The notes under the pieces are model-generated. The model had not been told where the DNA came from, did not search any database, and was given only the letters and a program-made list of their open reading frames with translations. DNA of 57,292 bases, the filler included, from Platydemus manokwari (lineage: Eukaryota): NCBI GenBank assembly GCA_037951405.1. It is 5 parts of 5 records of this genome, joined end to end, with 100 filler letters (N's around TTAATTAATTAA, not from the genome) between each part and the next. Parts side by side here need not be neighbours in the genome. Positions count along the whole stretch, not along the records: positions 1 to 14,753 come from JBBMOY011401424.1; 4 more parts are not named here. One strand, written 5' to 3'. Below are positions 1-14,375 of this stretch, in pieces. How positions within the stretch are numbered: position 1 is the first letter of the stretch; every line of letters starts with the position of its first letter. Both the position numbers and the translations under genes were made by a program.

Positions 1-2828
1 CCTGTCCCTACTATTAAAATAAGCTATTTAATAATTATTTACATTATTTGCCATTAGTTTTTTTTACAGTGCATCCACCCCCACTGAAAATTTCTTATAA
101 TGTCCTATCTGGATGTTACAGACTCTTTAAGCAGGAGTGCCATAAATTTACATTATACTGACTTGACCTAAATGCCAAAACTATCCTTTAACAAAATTAA
201 TTATTAAATGAGTTTTTAAAATATCTCAGAAATTAACAGATGAAATGATAATTTTAAGATATATTTGTCCAATTATGTATGCTCAGTCTTATGACTGCCA
301 GAGTGTATTCAACATCAGAGAGCAGCAACTGTTAAACACAGGAGATTAAATTGTTTTTCCACATTTCGGGATGCTGAGATTCAGACCATTCTTGATCTTG
401 CTTTCTTATGTGGTTTATATTTTTCTGTTATTTTTATTTTACAAAAAACTGTACTCAAATATCCGGATACAAGTGGGTTCATTACGACAATCAGTTTAAT
501 TATATTGAGTTTCATTCATTTGTTATCATTTAATTTTGTTTCGAAAAACATTCCTGAAGGCATAATTAATATTTATTGATGACAGTTATATTCAGCGAAT
601 ACAGTTTCAAATTTTTGTGCCATAAAGATTATAACAATAAACTGCGGTTTAATCTTCATGAATAGACTCGTGCTAATCAATAAATATCTTTGATTTTTGA
701 AAATCATCGATTTCCCCATTCTAATCCTAGTAAATGGTTAAGCAAGAAATGATTAAGAATAATTTCGAAGAGCCATGGTTTTCCTTCAATAATCTCAAAT
801 CTATAAACGTTGGTATCCATTGATGGAATTTTTAACAATAAATCTTTCAAATATTTTATTAAAATCGATAATAGATCTGGTAGTGTCCAGTAATTACAAC
901 ACACAATTACATTTATTGTACCCAATGTACATCACTGCGCATTTAAATATTCACAAATTCGCGAAGCATTTTTACGTGCACATCGTTCAACATTGGTCAA
1001 GAAATGACACGCAATGGTGTTGTTGGTTGATTAATTGTTATTGATTTTTCATTTGTTTCGTTATGACCCGATAAATCTATCATTTTAAACACATGATAAC
1101 ATTTGCATAACAGGAAGCTTACATTTTTTTTTCGAATGTCAAGATTTCGAAATTTTTTAAGAATTTCACTAAAATTATGGATTTTTATTTGATATATTGA
1201 ATTATTATCATAATTATAAAAATTAAAATGTCATTGTTTAAATACAGCGGCGAGAGTGTTCTAATTTTTAACTGTGCTACTGTAGATTTCTGCCACAGAG
1301 TCCTGCATAGCAAAACCCAGAAAAGTGAAAATATTGATGATGCTACTTTTAAATTTAGAATCATATCTCAGTCCTTTATGAGGGATATAGTTTGACTTAA
1401 AAGCCATGAATGCTACTTTTGAAGACAAATAGTTTGTTCGGAAATATTAAAATTCTCATTACAACCTAATAGACTGGTTAAATTATGTGGTAGTTGAATA
1501 GCCTGCTGGGCGATTGAAGGCGAGTGGAGAATTTTTTTTAATAATTTGCATTAAAAATATAAACATATAATGTATGGATTGATAAACATCTAATTGACTG
1601 TGCACACACACATACATGTATATTCACAATATTTGAAGTAATTATATCTTTAAAGCTTCTCTTTTAAAAGTAAAGTTTATAGATTCATTTTTCCTCAATA
1701 GTGTTTTCGTATTTATTTTGTTTTTCGAAAATCTAATCAATTCAGCCTGATCATTTCGAAAGAGAATATTCTATTTCTATATGAATTGATTTTTTAAATA
1801 TTTTCCACATTTTATCTTTAAACAATTTATTACTTTTATTTATTAACATATTGATTTTGATAACTTCGCATTGATCTGTTGTAAGGGATTAATCTACTAT
1901 TGATAATTGCCAAGTCCAAGAGATACTTTCCTTTGTTTTTTCTGTGTTATGCTTAGAAAATTTGTAAAGAATCAATTACTCCAAGGAGTTTGACAGAATC
2001 GACTATGTTAACTGAATGACATCACAGATCGTAGATCGTGTTACATCCAATATCATAGTTGTGTCAACAGTACTAATTCCAAATTATTTATTTTAATGGC
2101 ATGGTATCATACGAATATTAAAATGGACAAATTGCACACAAACAGGACTTCATGTGATTATTTCACGAAGATATTTTTGTGTTCATTATATTGTAATGTA
2201 TTATAATTCTATAATTTGTTTTGATATGATTGAAACTTCAAGTTATTGACGAAAAATCGGCTTGAGGTGAAAATTTTGATTTTAATATTTGCAAATGCCA
2301 AATTTTATCAAATCAATTTTTAAAAATCAATGACAATTATTAAAATAAGTAACGAATGAACCTTATTAATTTCGAATACAATTGATTGCATATTGATTTT
2401 ATAATTTGTATTGATAAACATGAAAAACTAATTAAAAAATAATATCGATTCTGTTTAAAATTATTTTGTTAAAAAGTTCATATGGGAATATAAGTATGTA
2501 TATGAATTACGTGATCTACAAGATGAGCCGATTTCCTGTGTGGTGCCCCTAAGGTCCTGGTTTTCAATATCGTCACATTAACTCCAAAAATCAATGTAGA
2601 TGACTTTAATTGTTTTTTTCACTTTCACGATTTTATAATATTGATAACGATTGATTATAGAAAATTTTCTTTTAAATTCGAAGACAACATATATAATTGA
2701 CAAATTTCGAGTACAAATAAAACATTTCGATAAAAAATATCGTTAAATGCAATTTTAATAATTAGATTTCCTTTAATAAATGTAGTTTTGAATTTGAGAT
2801 TTGCTTATTTATTGATTTTATAATACAG

Positions 2829-2863
2829 CTAAAGGTACACAAATATATCCATTACAATTCGTC
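2829..2863 (+). CDS. Candidate 35-nt penultimate exon of the SH3-domain gene
   Basis: Acceptor ttttaatacAG (2827-2828) and donor GTAAGT (2864-2869). Reads (x)CT-KGTQIYPLQFV and ends in phase 0, matching the phase-0 acceptor of the SH3 exon at 3449. Supported by splice signals and frame only. Confidence 0.4.
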
Positions 2864-3448
2864 GTAAGTATTTTTAAATCTAATTTTTACAGTAAATTTA
2901 TTAAAATATCCTTGATATGATTTTAAAAGTCAAGAAATTATTTAAACATATCAAGCTTACTTAAAAATGATCACAAATTTTTTATTAAAAAAACCTCATT
3001 TGCCAGTTTTTATGTGCCAATCTTTAATGGGATATGTTCTTGCTTGTTTAAGCTGTTTTACATCATTGGTGGTTAATGGTTAGTCTTGAAGAGAACGTTT
3101 GTTGATAACGATATTTGAAAAGTAGTTCAATAAGTATTTGTGTTACAAAAAATATTCCATGAATGATTATCATTTGTAAACATCTGCGCGCATCAAATTA
3201 GCACTAAAGACCAACTTTGACCGAATTCTTAATTATGGCTGAACGACAAAGCATCGTTTAGTTGTAACCTGTATATTTATAATCGATTCGGTCACGTCTC
3301 TTTAACTTGTAAAAATATTTATACGTGATTTGTGTCTTAAACATTGATTCGGGGCAAAATAACCAAAGCGAAATGATCGGCGTTTAATGACTTGAAATGT
3401 GTTATAAAATGAATTATAATGTGAATTATGATGATATTTGTTTTCCAG

Positions 3449-3646
3449 AAATTTTGTCAACCCAGTGCTTGCGGATATTTTATAGCTCAATACGATTTCA
3501 ATGGGCTAAGTGCCGAAGAGTTGTCATTTAAACATGGAGACATCATTAAAAAAATTGGTGAAGAAGATGTAAATTGGTGGATTGGAGAATTGAAAGGTCG
3601 GCGAGGAATATTTCCTTCAAATTATGTACAAAAAGTAAATCAATGA
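3449..3646 (+). CDS. Terminal exon encoding a C-terminal SH3 domain (GRB2/Drk/GRAP-like adaptor); upstream exons mostly outside the window
   Basis: Acceptor ttgttttccAG ends at 3448. Translation KFCQPSACGYFIAQYDFNGLSAEELSFKHGDIIKKIGEEDVNWWIGELKGRRGIFPSNYVQKVNQ* has all SH3 hallmarks (AxYDF, ELSF, WW, GIFPxNYV). AATAAA near 4026. Confidence 0.88.
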   Translation, partial: KFCQPSACGYFIAQYDFNGLSAEELSFKHGDIIKKIGEEDVNWWIGELKGRRGIFPSNYVQKVNQ

Positions 3647-4861
3647 AAATTTATTCGAAGGAAATCTTTTGTCTTCTGTAAATTTTAAACAGGACATGTG
3701 TCCTTTTGTTATCATTAAATAGAGACTTATTTATATTATGAAAATTTGATTTTGGTTTTCTCTACAAACATCGCATTCAATTCAATATCTGAAGGTAGAA
3801 TCACAGTGGCAGAGAAAATTAAGTTTCTATGATCATTTTGTGGCTTCTTATGTTTTTTTAAAGTTTCTGTACGTGATTAAAATTATAATTTTAAATATTG
3901 TTATGATTAAAATTTGACTTAATTTATTTGTTAAACTGTTATTTATGTTTAATGTTATATTTCGAGTTCCTAATTAATCATGTTATTGAATTGGGTAAAG
4001 TTTTATCAAACTTAAGAAATAATTTAATAAATAATTTCATTATTTTATAAACATTTTGTTAATTCGTACAAAATATATCACTAGTTGAAGATTAAGATAA
4101 TTTAGAGTTATTTGACTCGGTTCATTAAAATGTTGGTTTATATGAAGTTAGTTAATTATGTTTGTTAACTCTTAAGCTCGTAGATGTTGTACGAACGAAA
4201 TATTTTTAATTTTAACAAATATATCACATAATTAAATGTTGGAATGTCTTGTTACTTACCACACTACTCCTTTAATGATAGAAACATGCTCGCTATTTTT
4301 AGAAATTACAAATTCTTGATAAATTTTGTGATTCAAAGGATATAAAGGGTTTTCTCGACGTGAATTTGAATCTTGAAAAAGTTAATCAATGAATGAAAGT
4401 TCGCATTCGTCATTTATGTGTTTTCATAATGATAAAGTATTTACTCTGATTCATCCATTGAATATTATTAATATCACGATTGATTAATTTAAATATCCCT
4501 GAGCGCTCTTTATATTTTTTTAATTATTCATCGAGATTTTAGATAAAAACCAAACATTCCATTGAGAATATTGACTCATATTTAGAATTTTTGTTTTCGG
4601 CTGTGATAAATTTTTCTGAGCCATTAGTTTTACATTTTTTCACAAGTTTCTCTCAATTCATATGATATGAATCTTATTTTTTTTCGATCTTTTACTCAGA
4701 AAGTTTCTTCGAGGTTAACTGTGTCTATGATTGGGTATGTGATTGTGGAAAAATAATGACGATGATCGCTGAAGCAGTTGAGTTAGAATTGAATCATTTA
4801 CTTTACATATGTTTTGCTTTGTAATTATTGCATTAAATAACGTATAAATTTTAATTCGGAA

Positions 4862-4864
<3 letters not shown>

Positions 4865-4897
<33 letters not shown>
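4865..4897. repeat. (AT)n microsatellite
   Basis: Uninterrupted AT dinucleotide run. Confidence 0.95.
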
Positions 4898-4898
<1 letters not shown>

Positions 4899-6099
4899 CT
4901 GATTGTATTTTGTTTCCAATTAAGAAACATGTTTGTGTAACTAATAAATTGTTCTTAATAATCAAACCATGACACGGTTCGTTTAAATTTATATTAGAAG
5001 TATTTAAAATTCCAATTCTAGTATTACTAATTATATGCATACATTTTCGCGCTATCTTTGTTTGTTGACATTGCTAATTGATACTGTTACTATATTTTTA
5101 ACATATGCTTCGGTAAAATTGAAGAATTTTATTGAAAAAAAGGTTTTCATTACTCATTTAAATTAAACATGACCTATTTACAAACTAGAGTTTCTTCTAA
5201 TTCCAACGAAGATTATTAAATATAGTTTAAGTCAGTCATATATTTACAAAATAAATATATTTCAAAGCATTCTGTCCTGTAAATTTTTTGTTTTAAATTG
5301 AGCCTTACTCTAAACCTCTAAAAACTTATTGAGTGGTGCCAATTCTCTGATAACGAGATATTTGTAATATTGAAATACCAGTATTTTTTCATAGCTGTCA
5401 CCGCCTGATAATTTACCGGGTTTATTTTTTAAATGGTGTTTACTGAACCGACATGGAGTTTAAGATCAATATCGAATCTAATTATTTTTCATATAACAAT
5501 GCTAAAAGTTGTGAACTAAATAACACACATACATGTATATATGTAACTTCCACGTATAAATATCGATATAGTAGACACGAATGGATTATTTATTAACGAA
5601 TTTAACTAAATTTAGTGAAATAATTCACAATTAAACAAACTTTGCATTATTCATGATATCTATTAATGTTATTTAAGGATTTATTAGATAATTTTAACGT
5701 CTGAATGATAATGTTATTCCTTGTGTCAAATAAACGAACAAATTGATATTTGATAATTACTATTACATAATAACCAGAAGAAAAATATTTGACATGATTT
5801 GATTCATGCCAAACAACTATAAAAGGAAATTTTATTTGAAAACTCCAACATATCACCAAGCTATTTTGCTTTTTGATTTAAATTCAACTTTACATGCAGC
5901 ATTTCTCGGTGATATATAAACATTTGGATGCATTATTTCAACAATGTTTTCTTTAAATGAAGGAAATTTTGAATGAGAATGTGATAATATAAAAACATGT
6001 TTACTGCTCCTATTTATTGATTGTCTACTTAGGTAACTTACATTTGTACTGTTGACTGAAGGATAAAAGTAGATCTCAATCAAACGTTGTCAAAAAATA

Positions 6100-8300
6100 T
6101 ATAAGGTAAATAACCAGGTTGGATGATTTTCTTTCATTATAATTCTTTTGTATGGTTCTATATAAATCGAACTAAAGAATCAGAATGCAGGGGGAGAATT
6201 AGCAGTTATTTACATCAAGGAGAAAAGATACATTCAGCCATTAGAATGCAACCTATTAATTGCACTATCAAGTAGATGGAGCATTCCAAGACCACAGCAT
6301 CCTCGATGACCAATAAAACATTGGTCTTAAATGTATTAGAAGGTAAAATTACCTTCTCAATCATAGACGATTTATAGAAAATAAGAATGTATACACAAAA
6401 ATATATTGAAGCTGCTAGAAACGCTTTAAACTACCCACTAATGATAGATCGAGGAATCACAGAATTTACTAGGACAATAAATCAAATAAGCGATTTCTCA
6501 TCTAACCCCCATAATTTATTTACAGCAGTTCATTTGGCACCTTCCTGGAATGATGTTCATGAATCTATGCCATATTTATGATTTTATACTTAATTATTAA
6601 ACAAGTAATGACAGTGTATACCCTCGATAAATTTTTGGGAGTAATCGAAAGTTATTCTTAGGAGCATGTCTTTAAGAATAATGTCTTCAAATCATATAAT
6701 TAAAGGAAAAACTCGGCAGAGATACAATTTATTCAGGAGCAGCCAAATATATTACTAGGGAATACATCTCAACGACGACTTTATTATATTAAGGACATCA
6801 AACTTAAGGAAGGCACTCTACCAAGATGATTGAAACCAATTATAAAGCAATACTTTCAAAAATACCAAGTAGTAGAAACCAAATTATTCGAAAAGTTAAT
6901 CAAAATTCGACAATCACGGAGCAAAGTTATCAATAACGTCGAAGCAAGTACATAAGAAAATACACTTTTAACCAGTAAAACAAAAGAAAGTAGCCATTTG
7001 GTTCAAAGGTTAGAAAAGGTTAAGAAAACCATTGTTCCAAACACAGTCCTTTTCACTCTCCGAAACTGAGTTTTCATAAGACAAAAACATTTGTATGACT
7101 AGTGATTAATCCAATGAATCCAAATTACTGCTAATTCGACTAAACATACGTCATGTATACGCCTCAATAGATTTTGTGTTAGACTCAAGTATCATTAAAT
7201 CTCGGATATTAGATAAAAAATAAATTAACCAAGTAATACCAATTAATGTCAAATAATTTGGATAAACAATAGTGGAAATACACAAGCAATCCTAATAGAA
7301 CTAAACTGTCACACGCATCTCTGTAATTAGGATATAACGGTTGCATTAATGCCACTTGAGCTTAAAGTTTGACCACCAAACTTTCTAATGGATTAACACA
7401 TGCATTTAAGTTTGAGGGACATTTGGATGATTGCAGCTTATGTCAAACTCAAAACAATTATATTCGTGTGGGACAATGCAAATAAGTAAAATATCTGGGA
7501 TATATTATCTCAAGAGAGAGTTTGAAGCCAGACAAGGCATACGTAGAAAAGTGGAAAAATTCCCACAACCAAAAATACAAAGCAAGTTCAATAATTTCTC
7601 GGTATAAATAAATTAATAAATAAATATCTACCAAAAATTCGTATAGAATTGTGCCACATCTCTCCACCATTGACCATATTACGGCAAAAGAATATGTTAT
7701 TTATTAAGGATAGGCATCAATAAAGCCTAAGAAGAGCTTAAAAAGAAATTAATAGAACAGTCTATCTTAAGATATCTAGTTCTTAAAAAACCATTTTGTA
7801 TAATGACAGACGCCAGTAGCTATATCAAAAGAACAGTATTAGGACAAATTGATGAAAATAAAAATAAATATGCTATCGCATACGTCAATATGGGACTCAA
7901 AACTCATGAAAAGAATTATGCAGTGATAGAATTAGAAGCTTTAGCGATAGTTTATGCCTATCGAAATTCATATTTGGAATGATCACAAACCGTTGCAATA
8001 ACTTCTACAATATAAGGATGTAACAACAAGACTTATCCGATGGGCATTTAAACTACAACAATATAACATAAAAATATATTGCACTGAGTGAAAAAATAAT
8101 GAAAATATCAACGCGTTGTTCTGAAATGCTTGAAATAGTATAAACTAATATAGTCCAACCAATACATCAATTATAGAGATATTGATAATAGCCAACAATA
8201 AAAGGAAGACAATGAAATATATGGAATATCTCTGAGAATGGGCAAATTTTGAGCCAGTTGGCAAAGTAGATATCTGAAGATGGCTGCATTTATAAGGACA
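6100..8300 (+). mobile_element. Decayed Ty3/gypsy LTR retrotransposon (gag-like region, then RT and RNase H remnants)
   Basis: Ordered, frameshifted pol motifs: MPLELK (7349, cf. MPFGLK), HLDD (7420, cf. YLDD), VKYLGYIISRESLKPD (7486), KPFCIMTDASS (to 7820), KNYAVIELEALAIVYA (7911), DHKPL, RLIRWAFKLQQYNIKI (~8030-8075). Boundaries approximate; no LTR pair recognised. Confidence 0.85.
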
Positions 8301-10499
8301 GAATATCAAAAGAAGCCATTTATTTTAAAATTTTTTCTTCTAAAAACCTTTGCATTAATTATTGTTTCTATCTGAAGAGGGATCAAGTATCCAGAAATTA
8401 TATAATCCATTGTCAGCATTACAAATTGATCATGCGAACAGAAAAAAGTTTTCCAATACAAAATCACATGGTTAAGAAATTACTGCATGTCAATCAGTTA
8501 TTGATCTTTAGTCTTAAGCACCTATCTACAATTAGAACTATTAAAAAGTTTTTGTCATTTGAATTTACTTTTCACAGATGAAAATAAATATTTTCCATTC
8601 TACCCTGAAACAATGGAAATTGATGACTTAATTCAGTTGGTCAAATATTTTAACTTTAGGAACAAAATAGCAAGTGATAAATTTAGTTTCTGTAAAATAT
8701 AAACATCGTGCTTACAACTTATTTTGTGTGCTTAAGTAGATCCCGGTGCATGATATACAATTTTACAATATCACCAATATGAACTATTTTATCGAATTTT
8801 AATTCCGGAATGAATATTTAAAATCAACGAGAACATTATCACTTAATATGTCTTGAATTTACAAAAATCTTAATATTCTTAATATTAAAGTTGTTGTGTG
8901 ATACTTTCGTTTATTGATAATTTGATTTTATATTTTTTGAACTACTTTAACGATAGAAATATTTTCTTTCCAATCACTAGGTAAATAATTTCTTATGTTG
9001 AAAATCTAATTTAGTCAAATTAGTTCGGTGGTAGAGATTTTCTTGTCTTTTTCCACTCTTACTCGGAATCGAACTCTCTTTTTTGAGTTTAGGAGAAAAT
9101 TGATTCTAACGAAAATTATATTTCAATGATATTTAACTATTGAATCAGAAATATATGCTTCGAGAAAAGGAAATTTAGGTATTCATTTAATAGTTAATTC
9201 ATTATTTTTAGTTAGACATGAAATATAAATTAAAATTTTTAAAACATCGATAAGCCTAATTTCTATTTAATTTTTAAAAATGGTTTTGTAATCATTTTAA
9301 TTTGATTACTTTTTTTACCTTTAATAGTAAAAGATACACAAAAAAACTAGAAAACATATTAAGGATCCGTAAAACTTTTTTTGAATAAATCATTTTAAAT
9401 TTTTTCCTTAATTAAATCTTATTATTTAACGATTTGTTATTAAATCAAAAAATTTTCAGTGAAAAAAGAATTGCGTTGATTTCTTATGTTAAAAGAAGTG
9501 GAATTTTGATATAAATGTATTTATTTAATAAATTCAACATTTTCAGTCGTAGTTATGCTATTATTAGATGATAAAATATTTATTGGATAGCAATTTCCGC
9601 AATCTATTTTTATAATTCATACAAGATGTTATAAAAAATGAAAATTAATATTCGCCAAAATGTTGTTTTATTTCATTTTAATATTAATTCGTAAATCACA
9701 AACTTTATTTTTGGAAGTTACATTTTCAAATAATTTTCTTTTAAATATATAAATATTTTACAAAGTTCCGAGTTCAAATAAGTTCAATCTTAAGAATTGC
9801 TTTAAAAATACTTAAAATTCTTTAATTAAATTATTTGATTCGTGAAAAAGAAGTTTGTTGAAGAAAAATGACCAATTTGCGTTCTAAATACTGTAAAGTC
9901 TTGTCGAAAACATGTATTCTCAGCCTGATAATGATCGAGAAATAAATTAATATCTTTAGTAAAGTTAACTTTTAAGTTATTGGCTTTTTCTATAAATGAT
10001 GCACATTCAGACTGAATCATTCTTATTCCATATGTTGACTAATAGCGAGTTCCACGAAGTTTTACAAGGCCTTATGATGCACACGTATTTGTGTGGTGTT
10101 GGGGAAATTTATATAAAAATATTTAAGTCTACAAATGATTCCAATAATGTTTCATTTTATTAATAATTTTGAAGTTAAAATTGTGTTTTGAATAAAAGAA
10201 ATAATTATTTCGAATAATTTTTATTCATTATGGCTAATTTATTTCAATGTAATTGAGAGAAAAGAAATAAAGTTTCCCCATTGATTTCGAAACATGAAGC
10301 CAGTCCATATACCATATTGATGTGAGTTAGAACAAATTGATGGACAAAATATGCAATCAATAAATTCGAAGTCATAGCTGTTAGTGATAGGCATAAATGA
10401 GTCCACATATGACCTATCAAATAGCTCCATTAAGTTAATTTTTGAAGCTAGCCTTATCAGAAAATTGACAATCTTGAAAATCACATCTAAATTTTCGAT

Positions 10500-10870
10500 A
10501 ATTTTGTTATTTAGTTATTCATGGTTCGTTGTGGGAGACTTCAGTAATTTATATGATCATAAATTACTGGGGTATAATTAGACTAAAAGAATGTCAAATT
10601 CAACTCAATTCAAATAGTACTTGCTATAAGCGAAATAATCAGATTATCCATGTCGGGTATTCAGGTATTACAACTGCTATCTAAAGTTCAGAAAAATTAT
10701 TAACTATTGTTTAAACTCAATATTAATTACTATCCAGTACGATGTAAAAAGGAATATGACACAAAATATCCTGTCCAAAATAGGGAGAACATTATCGTTA
10801 TATGGATAACTCCCGAATATCTATAACGATATGAAGGAAAGCAGGAAAGAGGCTCGATTAATCAAGGTGG
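10500..10870 (+). mobile_element. Possible highly decayed Penelope-like RT fragment
   Basis: With one frameshift, 10600-10660 reads ...CYKQIIRLSMSG, resembling the Penelope RT F-x-F-N-x-x-x-YKQ-x-x-GL-x-MG motif. Weak. Confidence 0.22.
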
Positions 10871-13800
10871 TTTTAGAAAATAAAATCATTAAACTTGTAT
10901 AAAAATTCGACTGATATTAATAATGAAATAAATCATAATTTTACTTGGGATAGAATGAGTGGCCGAAACAAAACTCGAATAGCCATGTGTCGTAACGAAT
11001 ATAATCTCATTGATGATTGCGCTTCACTGTTTCTGGATGCTGTTATTATAATAATGTTTAGTATTATAATAAAATAATATTATAATTAGTAATTTATTAA
11101 ACATTATTAAAATATAAAAATAAATATAATCCTGCTTTTCTTTATCAACTATTTCGACGACTTCTTATTTATTTTATCTATCCATCACCATCTCTTTATT
11201 TTCTTAATGTTTTATGTTTTCTATACTTTATTTTCATTTGCTACAGTTTACATTGATCATTTAATTTATCATTTCCAAAAGTCACATCCACCCATCTCAT
11301 TCTTTTTCATACCATAACCCGACAATCAAAAATAAAGATCATTGACGATGGTTTTGATGCAAAAAAGTAATTTAACGACATAAATAAGATCACTAAGACA
11401 ATTGTTATTTAATGTCGGAATCACTAATTTTTAATTTTAGAACATCCGATAGTGACTTGATTATTGAATTGAGGTATTGATTTGAATTGTTGGTCCAGAT
11501 TTGATTTTTGGATTTTTATTGATTCTTACGTAAATACGATTGATCATTGTTTATTAGATGATTATTGGATGAGTTATTTCTTATTATTACAATTATATTA
11601 TTATGATTGGATTATTATAATTGTAAAGGCAAGGAGAGATGTGGATGGTTGTAATATTTTGGACTACATTGATAGAAGATCACAAATCCAACCCTCAACA
11701 ATTACAAACTTGAATTAGACAAAATAAAATACCAGTGAATATATTTATTATTTTAACTATTTATTTTCGGTATTTGATAAACTACTTGAGCCACATGTCT
11801 GATCTTACAATAAACAAACCACTATAAAAATTGGAAAACGTGATGTACTTTTTTAGGACAAAAACAAATTGATGTGATTTATCGTTTTTGATAAATTATT
11901 TTAATTTTAGAATAAATTTGATTGGTTAAATATTTCTTAAATAATTATTACACTATGAAGCCGAATACATATTTTCCCAAATATTTTGCTTTGGATATTG
12001 TTGTTTTTGAAATGATTTGATCTAACCGAGATTATCATGTTACAAAATCTACCAGATTTTAGATAAAACAGTGATAGTAAAATTTAGGAAAAATGAAAAT
12101 GACCGATACAAATAATATTTTTGTAGAAATAGTTTTTTCAAATAATCCTAAACGAAGAAAAGGCTAAAAATTATCGTCAAGTAGGCCAAGAAAAAAACTC
12201 ACAATTGATAGGTTTCTATTATTTTGATTGATACTAACTCTCAAACGGTTCAATAGAAGAATCTTATAGATTACTTATCTTTCTCTGTCTAGTTATTCCT
12301 ATTCAAGATCACGAATCATGAAGCAAGTACTTTGATTATAGAGTATTTTTACTATGTAGCAGTCAATAGAGATTTTATTGTGCATAACTTCATTTCAGCA
12401 GTTTTCTGAAACATCTGATTTTTGACTCGAGGATCCATGTAAATAATTTCTGGAACATAATATGATAAAAATACGATCGATTGACAAAACCAGGTGACCA
12501 ACTTTTTGTCCATTATAATAAATTATTTGGATTCTTGTTAATAATTTTCTTAATGTAACAAAAAACTTTATGACTAGACTTAACATATTATTTATTCATT
12601 TTGTCTATAATTTGTACATGGATTTGAACTATAATGTAGAATATTTTCATTTTTTAGATTTTAGGAAATTGTTCTTTTAATACCTATCAAAATATATTCG
12701 AACTGAGACATCTAACATAAACTTACTTTTGTTCAAATATATTCAAGATTTTATATCCACACATTTTACTTTATTCTCTGAATTCGGAACTGTTATTGAT
12801 AAAATAAATCCCATCGATAATACATTCAATAGCAATAAGGTTAAAATGGACTTTTTATATATTCCTCGGTGCTGTGTTATTTATAATATTATTTATTTGA
12901 TACTCAGTTAGCTGATTTATACTTCTGTTTGGAAAGCTTGGGGTCATGATTTTGTTTTAAAAAAGTAAATAAATTTTGACATGATTTCATTCTTTGTACT
13001 TATTGATTGAAATAAATTCTTTGATAAGAACCAAAACAAAAGAGATTAGTGTGTTTTTCTCCAGATTTCACCACAAAATTAAGGGTTGTTGTTACTTAAG
13101 CTTTCGTATTTCAACAAGTTAATTCCAATAATTCCAAAATTAAGTAAATTGATCTAGCATTTGATTTTGACATGCTGCTGAATGAAAACGCAAAATAACT
13201 AAGATGGAAATTCAGTAATCATGCAATGACATCTAAATCTAGTTTTATAAGACAACTAGATTGTTCCTGGTGTAAAGTGATTATTAAATGCCATTTATCA
13301 AACATCCAGTAAGAAGAGATTGAAATAAAGCAAAGAATTTGAGGAGAGTTTCCAAAAGCTCAGCGAAGGAAACATCAGTAACAATGATTTCTATTTTTCC
13401 TGGTCCAAAATAAGAGAGATGATATCAGATATTCACATAAGCTTTAGAGCAATTGGAGCCAAAGAGGTTATAAGGGCAAGGAGAAATTAGTATCCTATGG
13501 TTATGGGATTCTTATATAGTTATGAAAAAGGCTATCGCCTTATCATTCATAAATTTATTATCCTCGTTAAGCATTATTTATTGAGGTAAAAAGTCTGTAA
13601 CCTGCTTTGATCAGTAAACTAAACAACTCTCATTTTCAAACAAGGATTGAAAACTAATCCGAATTTTCTAAAGAAGGTACATAAAAAGTAGCTTTATCAA
13701 CACGGTTGTGCAGTCATTTACCAACGAGGACAAATTGAGACTGATACTGTGGTTGGTTCTTTTACGAATCACCTACAGAAATCGGAAGCTGAAGATCACC

Positions 13801-14243
13801 TCTCTCACTCTTTTTCTCTCTCTCTCCAAATATATATATTAATAACTGGTAGGAATTTATTTTGATTGTAGATACATAAATATTCCACGCAAGAATTGTG
13901 ACGATTTCAATCCCTGGAAAAGACTTCTATCGATTAGTCACTTTATTAGTCATGGGACAAATGAAAAGATAGAAAATTTATATTGGATTATAGAAATATG
14001 TAAGAGAATAATATTAAAAAGATGATTGCAATCACATACAGTCTCTTTTTAACGTCTGGAACACTTAAAAGTGTGCTGATTTAGTACACTATTCGTACGT
14101 GTGTTTTTGCACACATTTCTATCGATAGATATTGAAGAAAATCAATCAACTGTTTTATACAAATTTTAGACCCGAGGCAAATTGTATTGATTTTCTACAT
14201 CAACTACAAATTGGAGTTGTATTTTCTTTTATAAAGCCAATAA

Positions 14244-14375
14244 ATGCATTACAATCATCCATTTCGAAGAGTATTTGATTTAGATAGTGCATTCAACGAA
14301 CGGGCAAGTCCAAGAGCAAAATTATTTTCGGATTTATATGGGCTTCTAGATATGAATCAATCTACATTTCCACAA
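14244..14375 (+). CDS. Candidate first coding exon of an unidentified gene, cut off by the gap at 14754
   Basis: Acceptor ttttAG at 14168-14169, in-frame TAA directly before the ATG at 14244, 44 open codons MHYNHPFRRVFDLDSAFNERASPRAKLFSDLYGLLDMNQSTFPQ, then donor GTAAGT at 14376. No family recognised. Confidence 0.5.

Noticed and set aside
4715-5040. ORFs containing YIYIYI runs
   Set aside because: Produced by the (AT)n microsatellite.
9826-10090. Minus ORF preceded by PCKTSWNSL, reminiscent of the hAT TRWNS motif
   Set aside because: Single short imperfect motif; no other transposase motifs or TIRs seen.
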